A stretch of 46,859 nucleotides of DNA from Betaproteobacteria bacterium RIFCSPLOWO2_02_FULL_68_150 (GTDB taxonomy: Bacteria; Pseudomonadota; Gammaproteobacteria; Burkholderiales; SG8-39). The first letter of the stretch is position 1. Each line of letters begins with the position of its first letter. The position numbers and the translations under genes are program-made. Below are positions 12,410 to 27,534 of this stretch, one piece after another. The notes under the pieces are model-generated. The model was not told the DNA's origin and ran no database searches. It worked only from the letters and a program-made list of their open reading frames with translations. Location of the stretch: assembly GCA_001771975.1 (NCBI GenBank), contig MERE01000029.1:1-46859 (forward strand), given 5' to 3'.

Positions 12410-13762
12410 TTATGCCACGGTCGCAGCTGCCGCAGGGAGTCCGCGGATGGTCGCACCCAGGGCACGACCGAGCTTGTCCACCAACTCGTCAAGTTGCTCC
12501 ACCTCGAGGACAAACGGCGGCGCCACCAGCACATGATCGCCACGCACGCCATCGACTGTCCCGCCCATCGGATAGCACATCAGGCCGTGCTCCATCGCGG
12601 CTTGCTTGAGGCGCGCGTGCGCCCTCAATTCCGGATCGAGTGGCGCCTTGCTGGCGCGATCGGCTACGAGTTCGAGCGCCCAGAACAACCCGCGGCCGCG
12701 GATCTCGCCGACGTTCGGGTGCGCGCCGAACGCCGCACGCAATTTCGCTTCGAGCAGCGTACCGAGTGGCTGCACCCGCGCCAGCAATCCATCCTCGTGT
12801 AGCCGCCGCTGCACGGCGAGGGCTCCGGCGCACGCGGCAGCGTGCCCGAGATAAGTGTGCCCGTGCTGAAACGAGCCGCTGCCGCCCACTACCGCGTCAA
12901 AGACGTGCCGCGCGACGAGCACCGCTCCGATCGGCTGGTAACCCGCACCCAGACCCTTTGCGAGCGCCACCAGATCGGGCACCACGCCCTCCGGCTCGAA
13001 CGACCAGAGCGTGCCGCAGCGTCCCATGCCGCACATCACCTCGTCCAGGATCAACAGCACGCCGTAGCGGTCGCATATTTCGCGCACGCGCCTGAAGTAT
13101 CCCGCCACCGGGGGTACCGCACCGAGCGTCGCGCCAGCGACCGTTTCTGCGACGAAGGCAATGACTTGATCGCCGCCGAGTCGCTGAATTTCCGCTTCGA
13201 GCTCGCCAGCAAGACGCGCGCCGTATTGCTCGTCACTTTCTCCGGCGCCGCGCTCGCGATACGGATAGCAAGGCGAGACATGGTGTGCCGCAAAAAGGAG
13301 TGGCTCGAACGGCTTTCTGCGCCCGGCATGGCCGCCGACGGCGAGCGCACCCAAGGTATTGCCGTGATACGACTGACGCCGGGCAATGATGTGGCGCCGT
13401 TGCATTTGCCCTTGTTCGACAAAGTATTGACGTGCCAGCTTGAGTGCGGCTTCCATCGCCTCCGACCCGCCCGACACGAAATAGACCTTGGCAAGCGCTG
13501 CGGGCGAGCGCGCGACGAGCGCTTCGGCGAGCGCCTCCAGCGGCTCGTTGGTGAAGAACGACGTGTGCGCGAAGGGCAACAGGTCGAGCTGTCGCCCGAT
13601 GGCCGCGACGACCGCGCGGTCGGAGTGACCCAGGCAGGAGACGGCTGCACCACCGGAGGCGTCCAGGTAGCGGCGGCCCTCGCGGTCGATGAGATACGCG
13701 CCCTCGCCGCGTACCGCGACCGGGTACGCATGGCGCGGGAGGCGGTGAAAGACTTTGCTCAC
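12410..13762 (-). CDS. Class-III (omega-type) PLP-dependent aminotransferase
   Basis: Family-like segments YLDASGGAAVSCLGH, GSEAMEAALKLAR and LILDEVMCGMGRCG. The ORF track's 498-aa version overlaps pckG. I start at GTG 13762 (VSKVFHRLPRHAYPVAV...), 1 nt after the pckG stop. Confidence 0.88.
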   Translation of the reverse strand: MSKVFHRLPRHAYPVAVRGEGAYLIDREGRRYLDASGGAAVSCLGHSDRAVVAAIGRQLDLLPFAHTSFFTNEPLEALAEALVARSPAALAKVYFVSGGSEAMEAALKLARQYFVEQGQMQRRHIIARRQSYHGNTLGALAVGGHAGRRKPFEPLLFAAHHVSPCYPYRERGAGESDEQYGARLAGELEAEIQRLGGDQVIAFVAETVAGATLGAVPPVAGYFRRVREICDRYGVLLILDEVMCGMGRCGTLWSFEPEGVVPDLVALAKGLGAGYQPIGAVLVARHVFDAVVGGSGSFQHGHTYLGHAAACAGALAVQRRLHEDGLLARVQPLGTLLEAKLRAAFGAHPNVGEIRGRGLFWALELVADRASKAPLDPELRAHARLKQAAMEHGLMCYPMGGTVDGVRGDHVLVAPPFVLEVEQLDELVDKLGRALGATIRGLPAAAATVA

Positions 13763-13763
13763 C

Positions 13764-15599
13764 TCAGGCGGCGAGCCCGGCGTGCAATCGCTTACGGCGC
13801 AAGTCCAGTTCCGGCGGCAGTTTTTGACCCAGTCTGCCGAGCAGCTCATCGTGCGAACCAAGCTCCTGCTGCCAAGCCTGACCGTCGATGCGCTCGAGTT
13901 CCGCATACTGCTCGCGGCCGAATCTCTCGAGGCCGTCCCAGCTCAGGTCGTCGTAGCGCGGCATCAACCCGAGCGCAGTCGGAACGGCCTGCGCGCGACC
14001 ATGGCAGCGTTCTACGATCCAGCTGAGCACGCGCATGTTTTCGGAGTAGCCGGGCCACACGAACTTGCCGACCGCGTCCTTGCGGAACCAGTTGACGCGG
14101 AAGATCTTCGGCGGATGGCGAACCGCCTCGCCCATTCTTAGCCAATGCGCGAAGTAATCACCGATGTGGTAGCCGCAAAAAGCGATCATCGCCATCGGGT
14201 CGCGTCGCACCACGCCGACTTTGCCCGTGATCGCAGCGGTGGTTTCCGATCCCAGCGTGGCCCCCATGTACACCCCATCCCCCCAAGTGGGCGCCTCGAC
14301 CACGAGCGGAATGGTGGACGAGCGCCGGCCGCCGAAGATGAACGCCGAAATCGGCACGCCACCCGGGTCCTCCCATTTCGGGTCGATCGACGGACATTGC
14401 GCAGCCGGCACCGTAAAGCGTGCATTGGGATGCGCCGCGGGTCGCCCGCATCCCCGCGTCCATTCCTTGCCCTGCCAGTCGATCAGGCGCTCCGGAGCCT
14501 CGTGCGTCATGTCCTCCCACCAGACGTCGCCCTCGAGCGTCAGCGCAACATTGGTGAAGATCACATTGGCTTGCAGCGACTTCATCGCATTGAGATTGGA
14601 TGCTTCGGAGGTGCCCGGAGCGACACCGAAAAAACCAGCTTCGGGATTGATCGCGTAGAAACGCCCATCGTGGCCGGGCTTGATCCAGGCGATGTCCTCG
14701 CCGATGGTGCTCACTTTCCACCCTTTGAACGAAGCCGGAGGGATCAGCATCGCGAAATTGGTCTTGCCGCACGCGGAAGGAAACGCGGCCGAGACATAGG
14801 TCTTCTCGCCGCCGGGCGATTCAACGCCGAGGATCAGCATGTGCTCCGCCAGCCAGCCCTCGTCGCGCGCCATCACCGAAGCGATGCGCAGCGCGAGGCA
14901 CTTCTTGCCCAACAGGGCATTGCCGCCGTAACCCGAGCCGAAGGACCAGACTTCCCGCGTTTCCGGGAAATGCACGATCCACTTTTCGCTCTCGCTGCAG
15001 GGCCACGGCACGTCCTTCTGGCCCGGCGCCAGCGGCGCTCCGACCGAATGCACGCACGGCACGAAATCGCCGTCGTCGCCGAGCCATTCGGCCACCGCGC
15101 GGCCCATGCGCGTCATGACGCGCATGTTCACGACGACGTACGCTGAGTCGGAGATTTCGACGCCGATCTGCGCGATGTGCGAACCGATCGGTCCCATCGA
15201 GAACGGCATCACGTACATGGTGCGGCCACGCATGCAGCCATCGAACAGCCGTTCGAGCGTAGCTCGCATTTCGCGCGGCTCGATCCAGTTGTTGGTCGGT
15301 CCGGCGTCCTCCTCCCGGTCGCTGCAGATGAAGGTCCGGTCCTCCATGCGCGCGACATCCGAGGGATGCGAGCGTGCCAGATAGCTGTTTGGCCGCACGC
15401 GATCGTTCAGCCGGATGAACGTTCCGCCCGCCACCAGCTCCGCGCACAGCCGGTCGTACTCTTGCTGAGAGCCATCGCACCAGAGCACGCGATCGGGCTT
15501 TGCCCGCCGGGCGACCTCGGCGACCCAGCGCTTGAGGCCCGCATGCGACATCCAAGCAGGTGCGTTAATGGAAGCAGCGTTTGCAAGATGTTCGGTCAT
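13764..15599 (-). CDS. pckG: Phosphoenolpyruvate carboxykinase (GTP)
   Basis: 611 aa with the GTP-PEPCK kinase-1a motif FPSACGKTN and WMSH/PTNNW-type N-terminal segments. Confidence 0.96.
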   Translation of the reverse strand: MTEHLANAASINAPAWMSHAGLKRWVAEVARRAKPDRVLWCDGSQQEYDRLCAELVAGGTFIRLNDRVRPNSYLARSHPSDVARMEDRTFICSDREEDAGPTNNWIEPREMRATLERLFDGCMRGRTMYVMPFSMGPIGSHIAQIGVEISDSAYVVVNMRVMTRMGRAVAEWLGDDGDFVPCVHSVGAPLAPGQKDVPWPCSESEKWIVHFPETREVWSFGSGYGGNALLGKKCLALRIASVMARDEGWLAEHMLILGVESPGGEKTYVSAAFPSACGKTNFAMLIPPASFKGWKVSTIGEDIAWIKPGHDGRFYAINPEAGFFGVAPGTSEASNLNAMKSLQANVIFTNVALTLEGDVWWEDMTHEAPERLIDWQGKEWTRGCGRPAAHPNARFTVPAAQCPSIDPKWEDPGGVPISAFIFGGRRSSTIPLVVEAPTWGDGVYMGATLGSETTAAITGKVGVVRRDPMAMIAFCGYHIGDYFAHWLRMGEAVRHPPKIFRVNWFRKDAVGKFVWPGYSENMRVLSWIVERCHGRAQAVPTALGLMPRYDDLSWDGLERFGREQYAELERIDGQAWQQELGSHDELLGRLGQKLPPELDLRRKRLHAGLAA

Positions 15600-15610
15600 C
15601 GATCAGGCGT

Positions 15611-15646
15611 CCAAAAAGCAAAACGGCCCAGTTCGAGCTCGGGCCG
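15611..15646 (-). terminator. Terminator-like hairpin plus U-tract, downstream of mnmE and 11 nt upstream of the pckG start
   Basis: The minus strand reads CGGCCC GAGCTCGAACT GGGCCG TTTTGCTTTTTGG: a 6-bp GC stem at 15646-15641 / 15629-15624 followed by a T-rich run. It could terminate the rpmH-mnmE unit or act as a pckG leader structure. Confidence 0.4.
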
Positions 15647-15816
15647 GTCCGGGAATCCACTGGTCGAACATTCTACTCGCCTGCCGTGCTGCCGGGGATT
15701 GGCGCAGCCAATCGGTGCACACGGGCCGCTTCGCGCCCGGCTTGGCACGCGGCTACAAGACAACGGCCGGCGAGACGGCCCCATCCAGACCCTCTGGCGG
15801 GAGCATCCGCCGTCGC

Positions 15817-17187
15817 TTATTTGCCAATGCAGAAGCGGGCAAAAATCTCCCCCAGCAGGTCATCGGCGCTGAATTGTCCGCAGATTTCCGATAGCGCGGC
15901 CTGTGCGAGGCGCAGCTCCTCGGCAAAGAATTCCCATCGCCCCTGCTGTTCGGCCGCCGACTGCAGGTGCAACTGGGCGCGCGCCAGCGCACGCAGGTGC
16001 CGTTCGCGCGCGAGGTATACCCCCTCACCATGCGCTTGCCAGCCGACCGCCTCCAAAAGGGCGCGGCGCAAGTCCTCCATCCCGGCACCGGTCTTCGCGG
16101 ACACCCGCACTTCGGCTTCCACAACGGGAACCACGGCGTTACCAGCACCCGGCGCAAGGTCGATCTTGTTGAACACGCCAATGTGGCGGCCCTCGCCAGG
16201 CAATTGCGCGAGCACCGTGCGGTCTTCGGCCAGCAGCCCGACCGAGGCGTCGAACACCACCAGCACGACATCCGCCCGGCCCAGTTCCCTGCGCGCGTGT
16301 TCGATGCCGAGCCGCTCGATCTCGTCGTTCGACTCGCGCAGCCCCGCAGTATCGATGACATTGATCGGCACGCCCTGGATCTGGATCGCTTCGCGCAACG
16401 CGTCGCGCGTGGTCCCGGGTACCGCGGTCACGATCGCCCGTTCCTCGCCAGCGAGGCGATTCAGCAGGCTCGACTTGCCGACGTTCGGCCGCCCCGCGAG
16501 AACCACGTTGATGCCGGTGCGCAGCAGGCTTCCCTGCCGGCTCTTCGCCAGCACCTCGGCCAGCGCGGCGCGCACCCGCTTCAGGCGGGCCTCTGCATCG
16601 ACGCGGTGCAACGCGTCGACTTCCTCCTCCGGAAAATCGAGCATCGCCTCGGTCAACGCTCTCAATTCGGTCAGCGCCGCGACGAGCGCGTGGATCGCCT
16701 CGGAAAATTCGCCGGCAAGCGAACGCATTGCCGAGCGCGCCGCCTCGCGACTTGCCGCGTCGATCAGGTCGGCAACGCTTTCCGCCTGCGCCAGATCGAT
16801 CCGTCCGCGCAAGAAGGCGCGCTGCGTGAATTCGCCCGGCCCGGCAAGCCGCGCGCCGCCATCGAGGAACGCGCTCAACACCATCTGCAACACCACCGGG
16901 CCGCCATGACCCTGGAACTCGAGCACCGCTTCTCCGGTGTACGAGTGGGGCGCCGCAAAGTAGAGCGCGATGCCCTGATCGATGGCTGTCCCTCGCGCAT
17001 CGCGGGCGACACAAAGGGTGGCGCACCGGGGCGGCGGAAGACTTCCCAGCACGGCCTGCGCCAGCATCGGCACGCGCGCGCCGGAAATCCGCACCACGCC
17101 GATACCGCCCCGCCCCGGGGGCGTCGCTATCGCCGCAATCGTCTCGGCGTCGGGCGCTGCCCGGGGCTGCTCGTCAGCGCCTCGCAT
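15817..17187 (-). CDS. mnmE: tRNA modification GTPase MnmE (TrmE)
   Basis: 456 aa with ATPPGRGGIGVVRISG, G1 motif GRPNVGKSSLLN and C-terminal CIGK. The start overlaps the yidC stop by 14 nt. Confidence 0.96.
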   Translation of the reverse strand: MRGADEQPRAAPDAETIAAIATPPGRGGIGVVRISGARVPMLAQAVLGSLPPPRCATLCVARDARGTAIDQGIALYFAAPHSYTGEAVLEFQGHGGPVVLQMVLSAFLDGGARLAGPGEFTQRAFLRGRIDLAQAESVADLIDAASREAARSAMRSLAGEFSEAIHALVAALTELRALTEAMLDFPEEEVDALHRVDAEARLKRVRAALAEVLAKSRQGSLLRTGINVVLAGRPNVGKSSLLNRLAGEERAIVTAVPGTTRDALREAIQIQGVPINVIDTAGLRESNDEIERLGIEHARRELGRADVVLVVFDASVGLLAEDRTVLAQLPGEGRHIGVFNKIDLAPGAGNAVVPVVEAEVRVSAKTGAGMEDLRRALLEAVGWQAHGEGVYLARERHLRALARAQLHLQSAAEQQGRWEFFAEELRLAQAALSEICGQFSADDLLGEIFARFCIGK

Positions 17188-18829
17188 GGGCAGGTTTGTC
17201 GCGATCGAACATGCGCTGGATCTGCCACTGCTGCAGGATGGAGAGGATGTTGTTCACCAGCCAGTAGAGCACCAGACCGGCCGGAAAGAAAAAGAAGAAC
17301 ACGCTAAAGACGTAGGGCATGAACTGCATCACCTTCGCCTGCACCGGGTCGGGCGGGGTGGGATTCATGCGGGTTTGCAGCACCATCGTCACGGTCATCA
17401 GCACCGGCAGGACGTAATAGGGATCGAGCGCCGACAGGTCCTTGATCCAGAGCGTGAACGGTGCGTGGCGCAGTTCGATCGCCGCCAGCAGCACCCAGTA
17501 CAGCGCGATGAACACCGGGATCTGCACCAGAATCGGGAAACACCCGCCAAGCGGATTGATCTTCTCCGTCTTGTACAGCTCCATCATCGCCTGATTCATC
17601 TTGGCGCGGTCATGCGCATACATCTCGCGCAGTTTCGTCAGCCGCGGCGTGATCAGCTTCATCTTCGCCATCGATTTGTAGCTCGCCGCCGAAAGCGGGA
17701 AGAACAGCAGCTTGATCAGCACCGTCAGCAGGATGATCGCGACGCCCCAGTTGCCGCTCAAGCCATGCAGGAATTCCAGCAGCCAGAACAGCGGCTGCGC
17801 GATCACCGTCAGCCAGCCGTAGTCGACCACCAGGGGCAGACTGGTGTTGGCCGCTTCCAGGCGGCGCTGCTCCTGCGGCCCCACGTAGAGCGGCACCGCG
17901 ATCTGGGTGGCGGCTCCGGGCGCGAGCGAACTGACCGCAAGCACCACGCGGCCAGCATAGGTGCCGTCCTGGCGGCGCTCGAGGACGAACTCGCGGCCCA
18001 GGTTGGCGGCCGGAATCCAGGCGGCGACAAAGTAATGCTGCACGAAAGCAATCCAACCGTCGTGCGCCTGCCTGGCGTAGTCCGCCTTGCCCTTTTCGAG
18101 ATCGGCAAACTGCACCTTGGCGTACTTGCGTTCGGACGTGAACTGCGCGAAACCGACGAAGCTCTGCGCACCGAAGGTACCGGCGATCGCATTGCTCTGG
18201 GTGGGCTCCTTGCCGTCGTGCGTGAGCTGGAAATAGGCGTGCGTTGCCACGGGCGCCGGACCGCCGTTGCGAACCTCAAGCGCAACTTCGACCAGATAGC
18301 TGTCGCGCTTGAAGGTGTAGGTCTTCTCTACGCGCAACCCGTCGCTGCCGTCGCCGATGAGGCGAACCTGCAACGCGCTCTGACCGCTCTGCAGCTGCCT
18401 TTCGCCGGGAATCGCGCGCCACGGCGTGCGGTGGTTCGGTCCGGCCTCCCCGGTCAGGCCGCTCTGCGCCTCGTAGCGCCGTTCGGGGTCCAGCAGCACG
18501 AAGTTCTTCGACCTGTCCTGCGAGTCCTTGTGTTTGAGCAACTCGACGCGACGCAGGCTGCCTCCCAGCGTATCGATCTCGGCAATCAGCAGATCCGTCT
18601 GCACCCGGATCCGCTCGCCGCCGGCAGCTGCCGGGGCGGGGCGCGCGGCAGCTTGGGTCGTCGCCGCAGACGGCGCAATCGGCGTCGCCGGCGACGGCAC
18701 CGAGGTCTGGCTCTTCGCTTCCTGCGCCAGCGGCGGCGCGGCGGGGCGTTGCGTCTTTTGCCACGCATCCCAAAGCAGCAACAGCGAGAAGCTGAAGACG
18801 AAGAAGAGGATCAGTCGCTGTGTATCCAT
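17174..18829 (-). CDS. yidC: Membrane protein insertase YidC
   Basis: 551 aa. N-terminal TM helix, large periplasmic domain, and a conserved C-terminal five-TM core (NWGVAIILLTVLIKLLFFPL, PLGGCFPILVQIPVF). Confidence 0.96.
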   Translation of the reverse strand: MDTQRLILFFVFSFSLLLLWDAWQKTQRPAAPPLAQEAKSQTSVPSPATPIAPSAATTQAAARPAPAAAGGERIRVQTDLLIAEIDTLGGSLRRVELLKHKDSQDRSKNFVLLDPERRYEAQSGLTGEAGPNHRTPWRAIPGERQLQSGQSALQVRLIGDGSDGLRVEKTYTFKRDSYLVEVALEVRNGGPAPVATHAYFQLTHDGKEPTQSNAIAGTFGAQSFVGFAQFTSERKYAKVQFADLEKGKADYARQAHDGWIAFVQHYFVAAWIPAANLGREFVLERRQDGTYAGRVVLAVSSLAPGAATQIAVPLYVGPQEQRRLEAANTSLPLVVDYGWLTVIAQPLFWLLEFLHGLSGNWGVAIILLTVLIKLLFFPLSAASYKSMAKMKLITPRLTKLREMYAHDRAKMNQAMMELYKTEKINPLGGCFPILVQIPVFIALYWVLLAAIELRHAPFTLWIKDLSALDPYYVLPVLMTVTMVLQTRMNPTPPDPVQAKVMQFMPYVFSVFFFFFPAGLVLYWLVNNILSILQQWQIQRMFDRDKPAHARR

Positions 18830-18844
18830 GACGGCGGTGCCTGG

Positions 18845-18868
18845 TTACCGGTCTGATTACCGGTCTGA
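18845..18868. repeat. Perfect 12-bp tandem duplication spanning the yidD stop codon
   Basis: TTACCGGTCTGA occurs twice in tandem (18845-18856 and 18857-18868). On the minus strand this is TCAGACCGGTAA x2, i.e. Ser-Asp-Arg-stop repeated. Confidence 0.9.
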
Positions 18869-19084
18869 GCGAGGTTCGGGCACCGGATCGAAGCCGCCTG
18901 CATGCCACGGACCGCAGCGGCACACGCGTCGCGCGGCCATCCAACCACCGCGCAGCAACCCGTGCCGCGCCAGTGCTTCGTCTGCGTATTCGGAACAGCT
19001 TGGATGAAACCGGCATGATGGTCCAAGCAGCGGGCTGACCAGATACCGGTAGGCTCGAATCGCTGCGCGCAGGAACCGGGTCAC
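18857..19084 (-). CDS. yidD: Membrane protein insertion efficiency factor YidD
   Basis: 75 aa from GTG 19084, with the signature FHPSCSEYA. The GTGA overlaps the rnpA stop. The 211-aa ORF in the track is an upstream read-through of this frame. Confidence 0.9.
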   Translation of the reverse strand: MTRFLRAAIRAYRYLVSPLLGPSCRFHPSCSEYADEALARHGLLRGGWMAARRVCRCGPWHAGGFDPVPEPRSDR

Positions 19085-19437
19085 CGGGCGAGCTTCGCGA
19101 AAAGGCGGCGCAGCCGAACGATCATGGCCGCACCCGGCTTGCAGCCATAGGCGGGACGCACCAGCACGTCGAGCGCGCCGAGTCCCTCCTGTTCGAGGCG
19201 AAACGCCTCCCGGATGCAGCGCTTGATCGAGTTTCGTTCGCTCGCCCGCGCGGCATGTTTGCGTGAAATGAGGATGCCGAGACGAGGCGGGCCGAGCATG
19301 CGACGTGCCTGGAAGAAGGTAAACCCCGCAAGGCTCTCCCGCCGGCCCTCGCGCAGCAGGCGCTCGAAATCGGCGCTTTGGACTAGACGCCGGCTTGCCC
19401 CAAGCCCGAAACGTGCCGGCTTCGCGCGCCCATGCAC
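19081..19437 (-). CDS. rnpA: Ribonuclease P protein component
   Basis: Contains [28 protein letters not shown], the RNase P protein RNR-type motif. Start placed at in-frame GTG 19437, 14 nt after the rpmH stop. The start is uncertain. Confidence 0.85.
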   Translation of the reverse strand: MHGRAKPARFGLGASRRLVQSADFERLLREGRRESLAGFTFFQARRMLGPPRLGILISRKHAARASERNSIKRCIREAFRLEQEGLGALDVLVRPAYGCKPGAAMIVRLRRLFAKLAR

Positions 19438-19451
19438 GCGCTGCGCAACCG

Positions 19452-19586
19452 CTAGACCGCGAGACGCTTGCGGCCCTTGGCGCGCCGCGCACGCAATACG
19501 GCGCGACCGCCTCGCGTCCGGCTGCGCACGAGAAACCCGTGACGCCGCGCGCGCCGCGTCTTCGAAGGTTGGTAGGTTCGCTTCAT
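19452..19586 (-). CDS. rpmH: 50S ribosomal protein L34
   Basis: Not in the ORF track because it is short. My translation reads [44 protein letters not shown], then stop TAG at 19454-19452. Confidence 0.97.
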   Translation of the reverse strand: MKRTYQPSKTRRARRHGFLVRSRTRGGRAVLRARRAKGRKRLAV

Positions 19587-19668
19587 GGGTTTGCTCGCTC
19601 GGAAAAAGGGCGGTATTAGATCGCGCGGCGCTCGGCGTTGTCAAATCACGAATATATTGCCACTCGAC

Positions 19669-19699
19669 TGTGGATAACTCTCGCGCGACCGGGTAAAAT
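19669..19699 (+). promoter_or_regulatory. Perfect DnaA box overlapping a candidate dnaA promoter
   Basis: TGTGGATAA (19669-19677) is the reverse complement of TTATCCACA. TGGATA, a 17-nt spacer and TAAAAT (19694-19699) could form -35/-10 elements 71 nt upstream of the dnaA ATG. Confidence 0.5.
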
Positions 19700-19769
19700 T
19701 TGCACTCCGCCAGCGCCGCTCGCCGCGGCCCGCGGTCACCCTCCTGAAAGCGCACAATCCGCCACCACG

Positions 19770-21107
19770 ATGCATAGCCTCTGGGACTGCTGTCTGCGCC
19801 GGCTGGCGCAGGAGCTGCCTGCGCAACAGTTCACCACGTGGATCCGCCCGCTGGCGCCCGAGGTGCATGCTTCGGAGCCGGGGGCGCTGGTGCTGGTGGC
19901 CCCCAACCGCTTCGTGCTCGAGTTGGTACGTGAGCGCTTTGCCTCCCTGATCAAGCGCATCGCGACCGAAGCGCGCGGCCAGGAAATCGAGCTTCGATTG
20001 GTGCTGGCGCGCGCGCCACAGGCGCCCGCCCGCCCGCCCGCCCCCGTCAGCACCGGGAGCGGCGCCGGGCCGGCCCCGAACCTGGAGCGCGCGCGCCTCA
20101 ATCCAGCCTTCACGTTCGACAGCTTCGTCACCGGCAAGGCGAATCAACTGGCGCGCGCGGCAGCAGTGCAGGTCGCGGAGAATCCGGGCATCTCCTACAA
20201 CCCTTTGTTCATCTACGGCGGCGTCGGACTGGGCAAGACGCACCTGGTGCAAGCCATCGGCAACGCCCTCGCCGCACAGCGACCGCAGGCGCGCATCCGC
20301 TACAGTCACGCCGAACAGTACGTCACCGACGTGGTGCGCGCCTATCAGCAGAAATCGTTCGACGAATTCAAGCGCTACTACCACTCGCTCGACCTGCTGC
20401 TGATCGACGATATCCAGTTCTTCTCCAACAAGGACCGCACGCAGGAGGAATTCTTCTACGCCTTCAATGCGCTCGTCGAAGCCCACAAGCAGATTGTGAT
20501 TACCTGCGATACCTATCCCAAGGAGATCGCCGGCATGCAGGAGCGGCTGATCTCGCGTTTCGGCTGGGGCCTTACCGTTGCCATCGAGGCGCCCGAGCTC
20601 GAGATGCGCGTCGCCATCGTTCTCAAGAAGGCCGAGGCGGAGGGTGTCGCCCTGCACGAGGACATCGCCTTCTTCGTCGCCAAGCACGTGCGCTCCAACG
20701 TGCGCGAACTCGAGGGTGCGCTGAAGAAGGTGTTCGCCTTTGCGCGCTTCACCGGGCGCGAGCTCTCGCTCGACCTGGCGCGCGAGGCGCTGCGCGACAT
20801 ACTCAACGTCGCCAACCGACAGATCACGGTCGAGGGCATCCAGAAAACGGTGGCGGACTACTTCAAGATCAAGCCGGCGGACATGCATTCCAAGCGCCGC
20901 ACGCGCAATATCGCGCGCCCGCGCCAGGTTGCGATGGCACTCGCCAAGGACCTCACGCAGATGAGCCTGCCGGAGATCGGCGAGGCATTTGGCAATCGGG
21001 ACCACACCACCGTGCTGCACGCCTGTCGCACCGTGGCGACGCTGCGCAAGAAGGACCTGACGCTCAATCGCGACTATCACGTGCTCGAGCAGACCCTCAA
21101 GGGATGA
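19770..21107 (+). CDS. dnaA: Chromosomal replication initiator protein DnaA
   Basis: 445 aa from ATG 19770 ([28 protein letters not shown]). Walker [11 protein letters not shown] and C-terminal DNA-binding RDHTTVLHA. The track's TTG at 19638 lies inside the promoter region. Confidence 0.96.
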   Translation: MHSLWDCCLRRLAQELPAQQFTTWIRPLAPEVHASEPGALVLVAPNRFVLELVRERFASLIKRIATEARGQEIELRLVLARAPQAPARPPAPVSTGSGAGPAPNLERARLNPAFTFDSFVTGKANQLARAAAVQVAENPGISYNPLFIYGGVGLGKTHLVQAIGNALAAQRPQARIRYSHAEQYVTDVVRAYQQKSFDEFKRYYHSLDLLLIDDIQFFSNKDRTQEEFFYAFNALVEAHKQIVITCDTYPKEIAGMQERLISRFGWGLTVAIEAPELEMRVAIVLKKAEAEGVALHEDIAFFVAKHVRSNVRELEGALKKVFAFARFTGRELSLDLAREALRDILNVANRQITVEGIQKTVADYFKIKPADMHSKRRTRNIARPRQVAMALAKDLTQMSLPEIGEAFGNRDHTTVLHACRTVATLRKKDLTLNRDYHVLEQTLKG

Positions 21108-21147
21108 GGCGCGTGTTGACAAGTCTGTGTGTTGCGCGGGGACTGTT

Positions 21148-21156
21148 TGTGGATAA
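21148..21156 (-). promoter_or_regulatory. Perfect DnaA box (TTATCCACA on the minus strand)
   Basis: TGTGGATAA on the plus strand, 41 nt after the dnaA stop. By eye, three 6/9 relatives follow (TGCCCCACA, ACACCCACA, TTATCCCGG). Confidence 0.6.
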
Positions 21157-21289
21157 GTGGGCGGCCGCGCCGGCGCGTGAAAACGGCGCACATTGCCCCA
21201 CACGAACACCCACAGGCTATGCACCGAGTGGTGACGCGCCAACTCCAGGGTGCTGCTCGCTTTTCCCGGTTATCCCGGATTGAGTGCGA

Positions 21290-21333
21290 TCTTATTAGCT
21301 GTTATTAGTTGTTCATAGAAAGAATTAGAAAGG
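21290..21333. repeat. AT-rich tract with tandem 10-mers TTATTAGCTG / TTATTAGTTG immediately upstream of dnaN
   Basis: Sequence is cttattagctgttattagttgttcatagaaagaattagaaaggg, the most AT-rich stretch I saw in the window. Candidate DNA-unwinding element or dnaN promoter. Confidence 0.55.
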
Positions 21334-21340
21334 GACAACC

Positions 21341-27442
<6,102 letters not shown>

Positions 27443-27534
27443 GCGAAAGGCCGCAGAGGATACTCGCAAAGACAGCGCCGGTACAACCGCGGCTCGACGC
27501 GAGGTGGCGCGAGGTGCGCGCCAGGCGAAGACCG

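Noticed and set aside
13763-13906. 498-aa version of the aminotransferase that overlaps pckG by 143 nt
   Set aside because: The extra 48 residues ([26 protein letters not shown]...) lie inside pckG coding sequence and are not family-like. The GTG at 13762 gives a typical N-terminus.
15596-15784. 62-aa ORF in the mnmE-pckG spacer
   Set aside because: It is Arg/Pro-rich and low-complexity, has no Shine-Dalgarno, overlaps the pckG start, and shows the same composition as other shadow frames.
19085-19755. The 211-aa and 224-aa track ORFs covering yidD, rnpA and rpmH as large proteins
   Set aside because: Only the C-terminal 75 aa (yidD) and 118 aa (rnpA) are family-like. The upstream parts run through rnpA or rpmH in other frames.
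19830-19845. Extra CACGTG cores (here, and at 21078-21083 and elsewhere) as additional parS sites
   Set aside because: The flanks do not match the TGTT/AACA arms (no more than 9/16 overall) and the sites are inside coding sequence. Only the two sites at 11042-11094 qualify.
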